Shown here: piece after piece, positions 50,405 to 61,199 of the stretch
How positions within the stretch are numbered: position 1 is the first letter of the stretch
Layout of the letters: each line of letters begins with the position of its first letter
Source of the DNA: Eutreptiella sp. 'Long Island Sound 2002'
Lineage: Eukaryota > Protista > Euglenida
Direction of reading: 5' to 3'
Length of the DNA stretch: 64,000 nt
NCBI GenBank assembly: GCA_964036045.1
Contig: OZ038378.1
Span: 167,400,001-167,464,000, forward strand
Notes under the pieces: model-generated
Told to the model about the DNA's origin: nothing
Database searches by the model: none
What the model saw: the letters and a program-made list of their open reading frames with translations, nothing else
Program-made: the position numbers and the translations under genes

Positions 50405-51463
50405 ATGAGTGTCAAGGCATTCCTCGCTGCAATGGGGCGAATTGCTCCGTTGCATTTGGCTGAGAAATGGGACAACGTCGGACTTTTGGTGGAGCCTACG
50501 ACGCCACGGCCCCTGAAACGGATATTTCTGACGAATGATCTCACGGAGCCGGTGATGCAAGAGGCCATCGATTGGAAAGCTGACTGTGTCATCGCATACC
50601 ATCCCCCAATCTTTGTCCCCTTGAAAAGGCTGACGCAAAAGGACACCAAACAACGCATCGTCATCCAGGCCATTGAGCATGGGATCGCCATTTACTCCCC
50701 CCACACCGCAGCAGACACTGCGTCTATGGGTGTAAACGAGTGGCTCATCGAGGGTTTGGGCGTTGGGACAACGGAGTTCAAGCCCATCGTTGTCAAGTGT
50801 GCAATGCCCAACCACAAACTGGTGGTGACCGGCTTACCAGCCGATGCCCCGGTTTTGGAAAAGATGCTTAGTGATGCCGGGGCTACGATCGATAGCTGCT
50901 ACACCCAACAGCCGTGGGGTGTGCCAAAGGATAGTGCCACATCCAAAGTGCGCTTTGAAGCAGTGGTCACAGACCAACAAAAGACCGAGATTCTCGGGGC
51001 GATCGGCCCGTTGCGGGCCACTGTCGATCTCTATCCGCTCGCAGCGGAGCCCTTGGCCGTGGGATGTGGCCGTGTGGCCGCGTTTCAGACTCCCATACGA
51101 TTGTCGGAGGTCGTGCAGCGGATCAAAGCTCATTTGGGGCTTGCCTTCGTCCGTGTGGCGCACGCAGAGGGGCGCCCAGGGCAGACAGTGGAGGAAGACC
51201 CTCAAATTCGATCTGTGGGGGTGTGCGCAGGCTCCGGGGCTGATTGGTTAAAGACGTGTGATGCAGACCTTGTGTGGACGGGGGAGCTGAGCCATCACGA
51301 CGTGTTGGCCTGCGTGGCCAGTGGCAAGTGCGTGGTCTTGTGCGACCACAGCAATACTGAGAGGGGTTGGCTGAGGGATCTGGCACAGCGGCTAAAGACG
51401 GAGTTGGCTGACATTGAGACAAAGTGCTCGTCGGTGGATGCGGACCCTCTGAAGGTGGTGTAA
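50405..51463 (+). CDS. NIF3: NIF3/YbgI-family (NIF3L1-like) dinuclear metal-binding protein; intronless, 352 aa
   Basis: APLHLAEKWDNVGLLVEP, LTNDLTEPVMQEA, IAYHPPIF, YSPHTAAD, VGVCAGSG, TGELSHHD and DHSNTERG are family motifs with the His/Asp/Glu metal ligands intact. Confidence 0.95.
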   Translation: MSVKAFLAAMGRIAPLHLAEKWDNVGLLVEPTTPRPLKRIFLTNDLTEPVMQEAIDWKADCVIAYHPPIFVPLKRLTQKDTKQRIVIQAIEHGIAIYSPHTAADTASMGVNEWLIEGLGVGTTEFKPIVVKCAMPNHKLVVTGLPADAPVLEKMLSDAGATIDSCYTQQPWGVPKDSATSKVRFEAVVTDQQKTEILGAIGPLRATVDLYPLAAEPLAVGCGRVAAFQTPIRLSEVVQRIKAHLGLAFVRVAHAEGRPGQTVEEDPQIRSVGVCAGSGADWLKTCDADLVWTGELSHHDVLACVASGKCVVLCDHSNTERGWLRDLAQRLKTELADIETKCSSVDADPLKVV

Positions 51464-54400
51464 TTGAACAATGGTTTTGGCATATCGGACTTCCACGTGA
51501 TATGCCTGGGGCACATCATTTCTAGAGTGCAAAGATGTGCATAATCCGGGCTCCCCCCCAACGTTTTCTTCTTCATCCCTCATTCCCCCTGCTGCCGGCA
51601 CGGGGAAACTCGGAAATTCAGAGGGGCACATTGAGGGCAAATGGGTTCCTTGACCGATGGATCCGCCGCTGCATCGATTTCAACAACTTGACAATGGCAC
51701 TTGATTGTCGGCATTGCGGTTGCCCTCGTGCCCAGAGGCATATATTGGCGTTGCTGACGCAGACCTTCGTAAGGTCACGTCGCACATAGCACTTCATACA
51801 AACTGCAAACCTCCGTTCCCATCCAATCTCTTGCACCCAAACCCTTGAGTTGAAACGACATAGACATGAGGGCAGCTTTGCTCAATGACAATTCCCACAC
51901 ATGTGCTGTGCTGTCATTTTTCTAGCCACCAACGGATAGCTCGGCCCCGGCAGTTTGTAGACCTCACCCCACTCTGATTTTTCGTTCACCCCTTGTGGTG
52001 CTTACGAGGGAAGATAAAGAGCTGGCCAAAGGCTGGAGATTGCTTTCGTGTCACACACGTGCAGCATTTTCGTTGTTTGCGCTCTGGGGAGCCCAATGCG
52101 GGAGGCCCATGTCAGCCATTTGAGTTATCCCCACTATGGGCTGCCCCTCACTTTTGCAATGGGTCAAGGGCGTAACTGTCGGAGTACGCCTGCACCTGCG
52201 CCTGCCCTCCTCCCCCAGGCGGCAATTTGGGGAGGGGAAAGAACGCACCCCCCCCCCCCCCCGCCCAACATCTACACATATTTTAAAAGGGTTCAATGAT
52301 CCATGCAAAGTGGCGATCATTGTGAGGCATATCTCTCTGGGACATTCAGTTTATGCCAACACGGAGCAAATTCACATTTTCCCCGGTTTTTCTCAACTTT
52401 TAGTCCAATGCACCAAAATGTCGTTACCTTGGGGGGGGGGTATGTGTATGCTTTTCGAAATCTGTGAGAAAAGGCCATTTCAGAAATGTATGGGTTGGGG
52501 GGGGGTAGGTGGTCACAGTTTTGCGCATAGAGCTGTACAAGGGAGGACACACAGGGCACAGGCAATGGTCCAGGGATCACTCATTATTCCGAATCCGACT
52601 CATTGTCATCGTTGCCCCTTTCTGCAGGGGCCGGGGCTCCATTGGGGCACACATCCCCGTGCTTGTGACTGGGAACATATTTCTTCAGTTTTTCCCAATC
52701 CTGCAGCCTGCGTGGCTTCACTGGTACCCACCCTGTGTTCAGGGGCATGGCCCACAGGCCGTCAGTTGTGAGGTCCACATTTCGCTGGTGCTCCTCGTGG
52801 TCACATGCAGGTTGCTGCGAACCACCTGTACGAGGCTTTTTTGCGGGGCTAGGGGTCTTCATGCGACTAACCTGCACCCAGGTAGCACCCCCAGAGCGTG
52901 CTCTTTTGCGAGTCAAAGGTTGTTGCGGTGCATCCGGGTATGCAACAGCACGTGCCGTGAATTTGTATGCGGACATGGTGGCTGTCTGTTGACAAAAACA
53001 GCCAGCAAGCAACACAGGCACTGTCCAAAAAAGACAAAAATCTCAAACATACTGTCAGTACAACATGCAGACCCGGGTGTTCCAAATAGCCCTTTTCAAG
53101 GGCTTTCCGAATATACCCCACATACCCCCCCCTTTGGGACACTCAGCGGGCACAAACGAGGCAACAATCACGGCGATCCCTGAAAACGATCCGTGTTGGC
53201 ATATTCCTGAACGTCCCAGAGAGATATATGTTGTGACCCAGAGGAGGTAATGACAAGAGAATGACGCAAGCCTCCAACAGGTACATGACACAAGCGAGCA
53301 TATTATGACAGAAAGCCGAAAGGCGTGGCACCGAGAGCATGCATATGCAATGAGTAGATTACACAGCTAGTGAACAGAGTAGGTCCACCTGGTGACACCG
53401 GAACTCGTGTGTATGCGGCATGTGGGATTGTAAGCCCTACTTCTTGATCCGGGCTGTTTTCTAAGAGCTCACTGTAAACTTGATGGACAGTTTGAGTTGT
53501 GGAAAAAAGAGATATCCGTATGAGATTTTCGTCTGGACATCTCAAAAGGTTGCAATGCAACCCCTCAAATGATCGCAGTGCCAACTACAAGGAAACCCAT
53601 GCAGTGGAGTTCACGTTCTATGGCCACAGTAATGATGCAACCGCCTTTCCCCAGTGTTGCTGGACTTTCTTGTCTCAACGCCTGCAAAAACAAAAGTTGC
53701 GCTGTGTGCGCTCTGCATACAAAGGCCCCACATATCCACTCAACTCCGTGCAATGAGGCAACAGCTTGTTGCCAAGAATGGCGTTTTTCCATTTGCATGA
53801 TCATGGCAGTGCGCATTTAAATGCTTCTTGTTTGAGTCGCCATATGAGTCTCTGGAGGGGGATGTGAGGAGGTTGGAGGCATTGTGTTTTCAGTGCCTGT
53901 TGTGTTATACAGCTGCACGTCCTCTGACGCACTAGTGACAGCAAGCGGGCTTGGTAGAGCCAATTTCTCGAATTTTGCATAACATTGAGTGCTGAAACTT
54001 TGTAAATTCTTCATTGAACACCAAATCTATCAGTCTATATAACTGGTATGCGAAGCGATGCTGTTTTATTATTGGCCTAAAAGAAGGAGGATTTTCAAAT
54101 TCTACTGCCTTTGCATTCATACCCAGGTGCCATTAGCAAATTGAAGGCCGCAAGTTTGGGAATGTCATTGCCAAATCATCATTGAGTGATACTCATAGGG
54201 TCTCTTGGTCCCGTGCTGGTAGGTTTGGCTGTTGTAGGCGGACAAATTCCTCTGGTGCCATTGGTGCCATGAGGTCCGTGAGCAGGCTTCTGCGGTCGGG
54301 GACATGGTTGGGTGCAATGGAGGTGGGCTGAAAGCAGGGATTGTTATTGCTGGCTGTTGTTGTGGGCGGTGTTTGTGCGGTTGGAGGGTAGACTCTTGTT

Positions 54401-57024
54401 TGTATCAGGAGCTGTGGTTCATTGCTGGTGGTTGTTGGGATGTAAGGCTGCATGTCCACTTTGGTGGCGGTTGGTATGTTTGGAAGTGGGTGCTCGGGCA
54501 CCTGGGCTGCTGCCGGTGCTGTATCTGCAACCAGCGTGATGGTGTGATGGTGGTGTTTGCAGCTGGCGGTCTCTCTTTGGCTGTGGACTGTGTGTCATGG
54601 TATTGTACAGCCTCTTGTACCGCGTCCTTGAAATGTCAAGGGAACAGGCTCTAAGGCTACTCTCCAGTTTTATGTGTAATCTGAAAACCCGGTTGCTGCT
54701 ACGAATTTTCAAGGACTGGTGCGGATTTTCGCTCACACACCTCAGGCTATTAGCTAAAACAACGCCCGTCTCCATCACCACCGACTGCCAACAAGGCGAC
54801 ACCACCTGCTGTGGACCAGCCACTTCTTTGTACTTAGGGAACCCATGGGGGACCAGACATGGTCTGAATCCCGTATGCAGACCCGGCACTGCCAAATCCT
54901 GTATTTACCCTCAAACTAGCCTCCGAGCAATGGCACTTTCGGATCCGCCTATTTGATGAAAAAAAAGGCTGTTAGCTAAAACAAGTGAAACAACAAATGA
55001 TGCTACCGGTTACCGTGTTGCCTTTTCAGTAACCGATTTGAAATTTCAAAACAGCTGAGATATTTTAGCACATGGGCGCATGGGCTTGTAACAGGTCGAT
55101 ATCTGCTGATGTGGTTGTGCGCGCCTGTCGTGGGTTGCAGCCTTGTTGTGCAAGCGTATGGGCCTTTGTTGACGATGTGCAGGCCTGCCTCCTTTGGAAT
55201 CCCCAGTCCCCCTAGGACCAAACGACGACCCAACACAATAAAAAGGATTCCGCCCCAAATAACAATTTAACAAGCCGTTTGATTTTTGCAATACACACAA
55301 TGGTATACCAATCCTTGCGGGTGCAGCCCTGCCGTTTATTGCCTAGACTTGAGCAGAGATCTGTCTCATTGCTGTTGGTTTTTTGTTTTGGTGACAGTAT
55401 CGTGCTGACATTTACAGTAGGCCAGAACAGGAAACATTGAGCTCCCAAGGGGAATGCATGGCTGCACAAAAGGGACAAGCAGGGTCAGGGTGCACACCAG
55501 ATTTGCCACTAGTGTCCGCTTTATTTTGGCGCGGGGAGGTTCCATCCCAAAAAATCTTATGTGTGTGTGGGGCGTTTGGCATGAGATGGGAAGCTGTTGA
55601 AGCCTTGAAATGTCCATACAGCAGGGAGCATGTGGCATGGGATGCGAATGACTGAGTGCACAATGCCCTACCACTGTTGCCATCTTTGTTTTCTGTTGGC
55701 TGAGATGGCTGCCCCAAGCCCCAACCAACATGCCTTTGCCATGGAAGCCCACTGCAGGCTTGTCTCCTTATGCTCCATATAGTACCCCCCCCCCCCTTGA
55801 AGGAGGCAGAGGAAAGGACAAAAGGGAAAGAATCATTGTGGTTGTTAGAAGCCCCTGTCAGGAAAATGATCCTGCAGATGCACACACCAGCACGCACAAG
55901 TTGGTGCTGGAGTCTGCAAACCCAGCATGGACTTGGAGTGTGCATCTGGATGCACCTGGTCAACGGCACGGGCAACAGCCCGTCTCCGGGACGGCCGACC
56001 CTGGAGTAGTCAAACAGGACAAGTCATCCAGGAGCTCTGTTGACACAACCAAAACACGTTTGGACCCACAGAGGGTCAGAATGAGCAATGGTGAGAGGCC
56101 AATAGGCGGTGCCAACGGCAAACAAACCAGCACCATGGCCTCCCCCCCCCCCCCCCCCAAGCAAGCAACGCTTGTGCCTAAGCAACACTAGGCGTTGGTT
56201 CTGTCAATTTTTGCATTGTGGATTTTGGCAATGCGGTATGTAAATGGCCCAATTGTGTGCCATGTGTGCTGTCCCGTACTTTGGATTTGAGGTGCTTTTC
56301 ATACTTTGTATACAACAAGTCCATTTAGTAATGGTGGCATTTGGAGCATGTTTTCCCCTTGGTTTTCAGAATAGTACACCATGTGTTGGATGAAGTCCAG
56401 TTGGCCGTTGTACTACCTACAGTCCACTGGTGAGGGGAGCCACGGTATTGTCATTAAATATGTGGATGAACATGGAGTGCGCCCTACCGCGAAAACACCC
56501 AGAAATCTGCCCCGTGGAGATCTGCCGATGGTTGAAAAAGAAACATTGCATCCTGCCTGAGCCAAAACGCCTGGGCAATTTGAGGATTGTATCCGCGTGT
56601 ACCATGCATAATGCAGCACGTAAGCAACACCCTTTTCTAAGCAACACTAGGCATTGGTTCTGTCAATTTCTATCCATTTACTGTTGCTTGGATGAAGGGG
56701 GGGGGGAAGGCCGGAATGCCAGTGATGCATAGTTTGCAAAAACAAGGTACATGACAATTTGCGAGTGCGACCTAATATTGCTTCATGCGATGTAGTGGCC
56801 CAACCATTTGCAGGGCACAGCTAAGGGGGCGCTTTGAGTGTAGTGCGCAAGCAGTGCAACTATTAGGCCTGTAGGTCACACCAAGTACCCGTACTTTAGA
56901 TGATGTGGGGGAGGGAATATGACGTTTGCACTTTCCCTTTGCAATTTTACAAAGCATGTTGTGCTTTCATCCCTTCCTTAACCAACCCCTTTTTTCTTTG
57001 TCTCACAAATGTTAAGATGTTCTT

Positions 57025-57208
57025 CAACACTATAAGATGTCCCAAGTGTTTGGTTTGGTGGTGAAGGCCATCAAAAAGTTGATTGTTCAAGGCACAATGT
57101 GAACAATAATGATGATCAACACTATAAGATGTCCCAAGTGTTTGGTTTGGTGGTGAAGGCCATCAAAAAGTTGATTGTTCAAGGCACAATGTGAACAATA
57201 ATGATGAT
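57025..57208. repeat. Perfect 92-bp tandem duplication
   Basis: CAACACTATAAGATGTCCC...AATAATGATGAT at 57025-57116 is repeated at 57117-57208. Confidence 0.9.
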
Positions 57209-58666
57209 CTTGTGGATGTCAACAACATGTATTTCGTGATGCTGCTTTCTCTTGACAATCTTCATGTATATCCGGCAGTCCAATGTCACCACAATCTTCC
57301 CGAGAAAAGCATAGGATAATTGATCACCCACCATGCTGTACGTTGGTTGGCCCCAATCCTTTCCTTCTTGCGGGTTTCTTATGCTCAATCCTACTGTTTT
57401 TTAGCAGAAGCTCTCTCCAAAAGGATGCCATGTTGTGTTTTTGCATGCTGCTTTAGGCCAAGGGATGGTCAATAACAGGAGGCCAAAAAAATGATGGCCT
57501 CATTTTGGGGGCTAGATTTGGAGGCACTTTGGAAGGAGGGGTATTTTGGAGCTTTTGTTGGGAACTAAAAGTAGCACGCCTTCTGCGCGCAGTGCAATAA
57601 TTCCCCCTATTGCTACTTAATGCCTGCTAGTGCTGTAGGACCGCTTTTAGGCACTCTAGAGAGATAGTAATCAGTCCGTCTGAGATGCTGCGGCATGCAA
57701 TGCATGCCACTAGGCGGTGGGTAAGGTGGGAACTAATCTAGAATCTGTCTCCAAGATCCATCTCCATTTGGGGTTTGCTTGACTGTGGTGACATGAGTTG
57801 CATGGTGGGTTGCCCACAGTGGGCAGGGCCACTATTGTCAACCATTCCACGGGGGCTGCTCTTGCTCCTGGTCAGGATCCCCCCCCCCCCTCTACAAACC
57901 CCAAAATGGTTGTATGGAACAATGGGTTTTGTGGGCGCCGGAGGTTTTGTTTTAGGCATATGGCAGGGGTAAATTTTTTTGTTTGACCCTATGTGTCTAT
58001 ACTCAAAATACTCAGAATTTTGTGGAGAATTCAAAAATGGATGAAAAACACAAAAAACGATTTTGACCCCGGGTCGGACAAATTTTTTTTGAAAATTTTT
58101 GTATCCCTGTTGTGTATATTCAAAATGATCAGCGTGTCATGGGGATCATTTTGAGGTATGTATGTTGGGGTACCCACCGCCTCCCCCCCCCCCCCGCCCC
58201 CCTGGGGAGCCCAGGGGCTGACCGCCTGCCGAGACCCAAGGTTTGGGTCAACCAAGGGAGGGGGGGACTCCCCCCTACAACCCCCTAAACGCTTGCACAC
58301 CCCTCGGGATCACACATTGGCTGGCAGCAGCCCCCGTGCAACCATTCTCATGGAGCGATTGCATCTTTTGAAAAAAATTCCAGTGGCACTGGACCCCCCC
58401 CCCCCCCGCGCAATCTGGAAAGGGTTTATGGGGGGACGGGGGATCTCACAAGGGGGGTGGGGGGGTTGCCATGAGATTGGACACCCCTGGCCAAAGTAAA
58501 ACGGCAGATTGATGAGCTGCGACCTACTAAGTCTGACACTGGAGCTGGCTCCTCTTGTTGCAGGTGCAACAGCATTGGATACTACCGAATGGCGCATGGC
58601 CTTGGGCTGTTTCCCGCAAAAACACGTTGTTTTAGCCTGTGAGCCCTGGCGGCTGCTGCTGCTGCA

Positions 58667-59236
58667 ATGCACCTGCCACTCCTGATGTTGCTGCTGGCGG
58701 CGGCCCTGGGGACCCCGACGGAATGGGGTGTCGTTGTCGACTGCGGCTCCTCCGGGTCGCGTGTGCACATCTACTTCTGGGATTCCGCCCCCCACGTCTC
58801 TGAGCTACAGCCCGACAGCGAAGCGGACAAGGCCAAGCTCAGAACCACGCCTGGCATCAGCGCATTCGTGGACGACCCCGAGGCGGTAGGCCCCTACTTC
58901 GCAAATCTGCTGCAGGAAGCGGCGCGCTGGGTTCCGGCCGACCAACACGCGCGCACCCCCGTGCGCGCGTACGCCACCGCGGGCATGCGGCTGCACACAG
59001 CGGCGGAGCAGGAGGGGGTGTGGGACACAATACGGGCCACGATCCGCAACTCGGCGTTCAAGTCCCCCTACAGCACCGCGCGCACCATCACCGGCAACTA
59101 CGAGGGCCTGTGCCACTGGATTGCGATGCAGCAAATTCTGACGAAAAGCCCCGCTGCGGGCGGCCCTGCCTTCGGCACCATGGACTTGGGAGGCGCCTCG
59201 ACGCAGATAGTGTTTCCGGCGGAGGTCATACTGCAG
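58667..59236 (+). CDS. Exon 1 of a GDA1/CD39-family apyrase (NTPDase) with signal peptide
   Basis: MHLPLLMLLLAAALG signal peptide. ACR1 VVVDCGSSGSR, ACR2 YATAGMR, ACR3 TITGNYEG and ACR4 MDLGGASTQI are present. Donor CTGCAG|GTCCGC at 59237. Confidence 0.92.
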
Positions 59237-60088
59237 GTCCGCAAGGGCCCATTCCCCCGGCCACGCCCACCTCTGTGATAGATGTAGGCGGTGCTGTCGG
59301 GCGCGTGGCGGGTACTTTCGGGTGGGCCTGTTTTGGTCATGTATGCGCATGCGATGCACCTCCGTGTGCTCTGTGTGCCCCCGGGCGCCTATGTGAGTCT
59401 GCATGAGCCCTTGTCTTTCGCTCAAGCCCTTGCCCATTCGCTCATGTCCTGTGCCACGCCGCGCGGCCGTGCGCCTCTTCGTGTGCATCTGTGCGCTGCT
59501 GATTGTGGGGCCGTCGGGGAGCGCCCGTGGGACGCGCACCGTACGCATACCCATGCAGAGGCTCACAGCGGCGGTGCACGGGCGGTGCCCCGTTGTGCCT
59601 CGACGCGCGCGGATGTCTCTGGGTGCGCCTCCTTGCGCCTCTTCTTCGGGCGCACGTGTGCCTCTGTGCCTCTGCGCGCTTTAGCGTGGCCCCGTGTTCG
59701 TGATGTGTGGTGTGCACTCGGGCACTTCGGGGGCTGGTGGGTGCTGGTCCGGTGGGTCGAAACGACCGCGACGAGGGGCACGACGATGACGCTCTGACGC
59801 AGCGATGCCATTGGCTGCGCGGGTGGTCAGGATGCATTGGAAGGGGTACCCACCCCGCTCCCCCTCCAGGGCGCCCTGCCTATGCCCAGCCACTGTCTCT
59901 CTGACGGCAAGTGCCAGCTTCAATGGCATTCGTAACCGACAGTAACCGCCCCCAACCGCTTTGGCAACCTCCTCCAACCGCCTGTCTAACCGCCTCTGGG
60001 GCCACCTCTGAGGTCCCTTCCCTTCTAACGCCTCCCTGGGGGTGGTCGACCAAAGGGCCGGGGAAAACGACCGCCTGCTCTTGTGTAG

Positions 60089-60427
60089 GACGGCTACGAG
60101 GTGCTGCTGAACGGGACGGTGCTGCGGTTGTACGCGCACTCGTACATGCGGTACGGGAAGGACCAGGCTCACGCCCGCGTCCGCCAGCTGTTGGCCGGCC
60201 GCGGGCCCCGGGACGGGGATCTGGCCGAGCCCTGCCTCAACGCCGGCCTCAACGCGACGCACACCGTCGCGTGCGCACCGGCCCAGAGGTGCGAGCGCCG
60301 GTTCGTGGGCACGGGCAACTGGAGTGCGTGCCGCGCGCTGACCGCGGAGCTCATGCAGCAGGACTACGAGTGCCTGTTCCCGGAGGAGGCGTGTGCGGTC
60401 CGGGGCACTTACCAACCGCTGCACAAG
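60089..60427 (+). CDS. Exon 2 of the apyrase
   Basis: Acceptor TTGTGTAG|. Reads DGYEVLLNGTVLRLYAHSYMRYGKDQA, PCLNAG, FVGTGNWSACRAL and GTYQP. Donor AAG|GTGTGC at 60428. Phase 0-0. Confidence 0.85.
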
Positions 60428-60959
60428 GTGTGCACGTGCCGCTGCTGCGTCGTCACGCTCGGCCGCCCTCGATGTTCCTGAGGCTCGCCTTCTGTTTGTC
60501 GTCACGTTGATTGGAGTTCTTCAGCTCCGCTGCTGTCGCGGAGCCACCGATTGTTATTACAAAAGCCAGAGGCAACATTTCAACGCCGGGGAGCTGAGCC
60601 CCTGCACTTGACCAAGGCTTGGAATCCTGCTTGACTTCTAGAAGAACCAGACGCCTTCACGCCCGGGGGTTGCAACGGTCACAAAGCCGCGCGGCAGTGG
60701 AACACTACGGAAGTTTGCGCTTCTGGGCCTTTGGCATTTGTCTTCTGAGGTGACGCTTTTGGGACTGTACCCGTTGCTTTGTATGGCTCGTCATGCGGTG
60801 CAAACCCGGGGCCTTCGATTTCAAGTGCACGCACCATCGACCAGGACGTCCAGAGAAAGGCCCCACCTCCGGTTTGCGCCTCAGCCCGAGCATTCCCTGT
60901 CCTATTCCCTGACTGGCCTTTGGCGGTGCGGTCTCCGTGTCAGTGCAATTTGTCTTTAG

Positions 60960-61199
60960 GGACTGCCCTTCTGGGCCACCTCCGCCTACTTTTTCACGGT
61001 GTACGGCCTTGGGCTGTGCGGCTGGGACGACGCGTGGCAGGGGACGTGGCGGGACATCGAGGCAGCCGGGCGCCGGTTCTGCGCGACACCGTGGGCCAAC
61101 CTGAGCGACCGCGACGAGTTCGCAGCAGGCTACTGCTTTGCGTCTGCGTACGTCCCGGCGCTGCTCCAGGCGCTCGACATCCCCCCGGACTCGACACAG
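60960..61199 (+). CDS. Exon 3 of the apyrase (the terminal ACR5 exon was not securely located)
   Basis: Acceptor TGTCTTTAG|. Reads GLPFWATSAYFFTV (FxAxSxF/Y motif), FCATPW and YCFASAY. Donor ACAG|GTCTCG at 61200. Confidence 0.82.
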
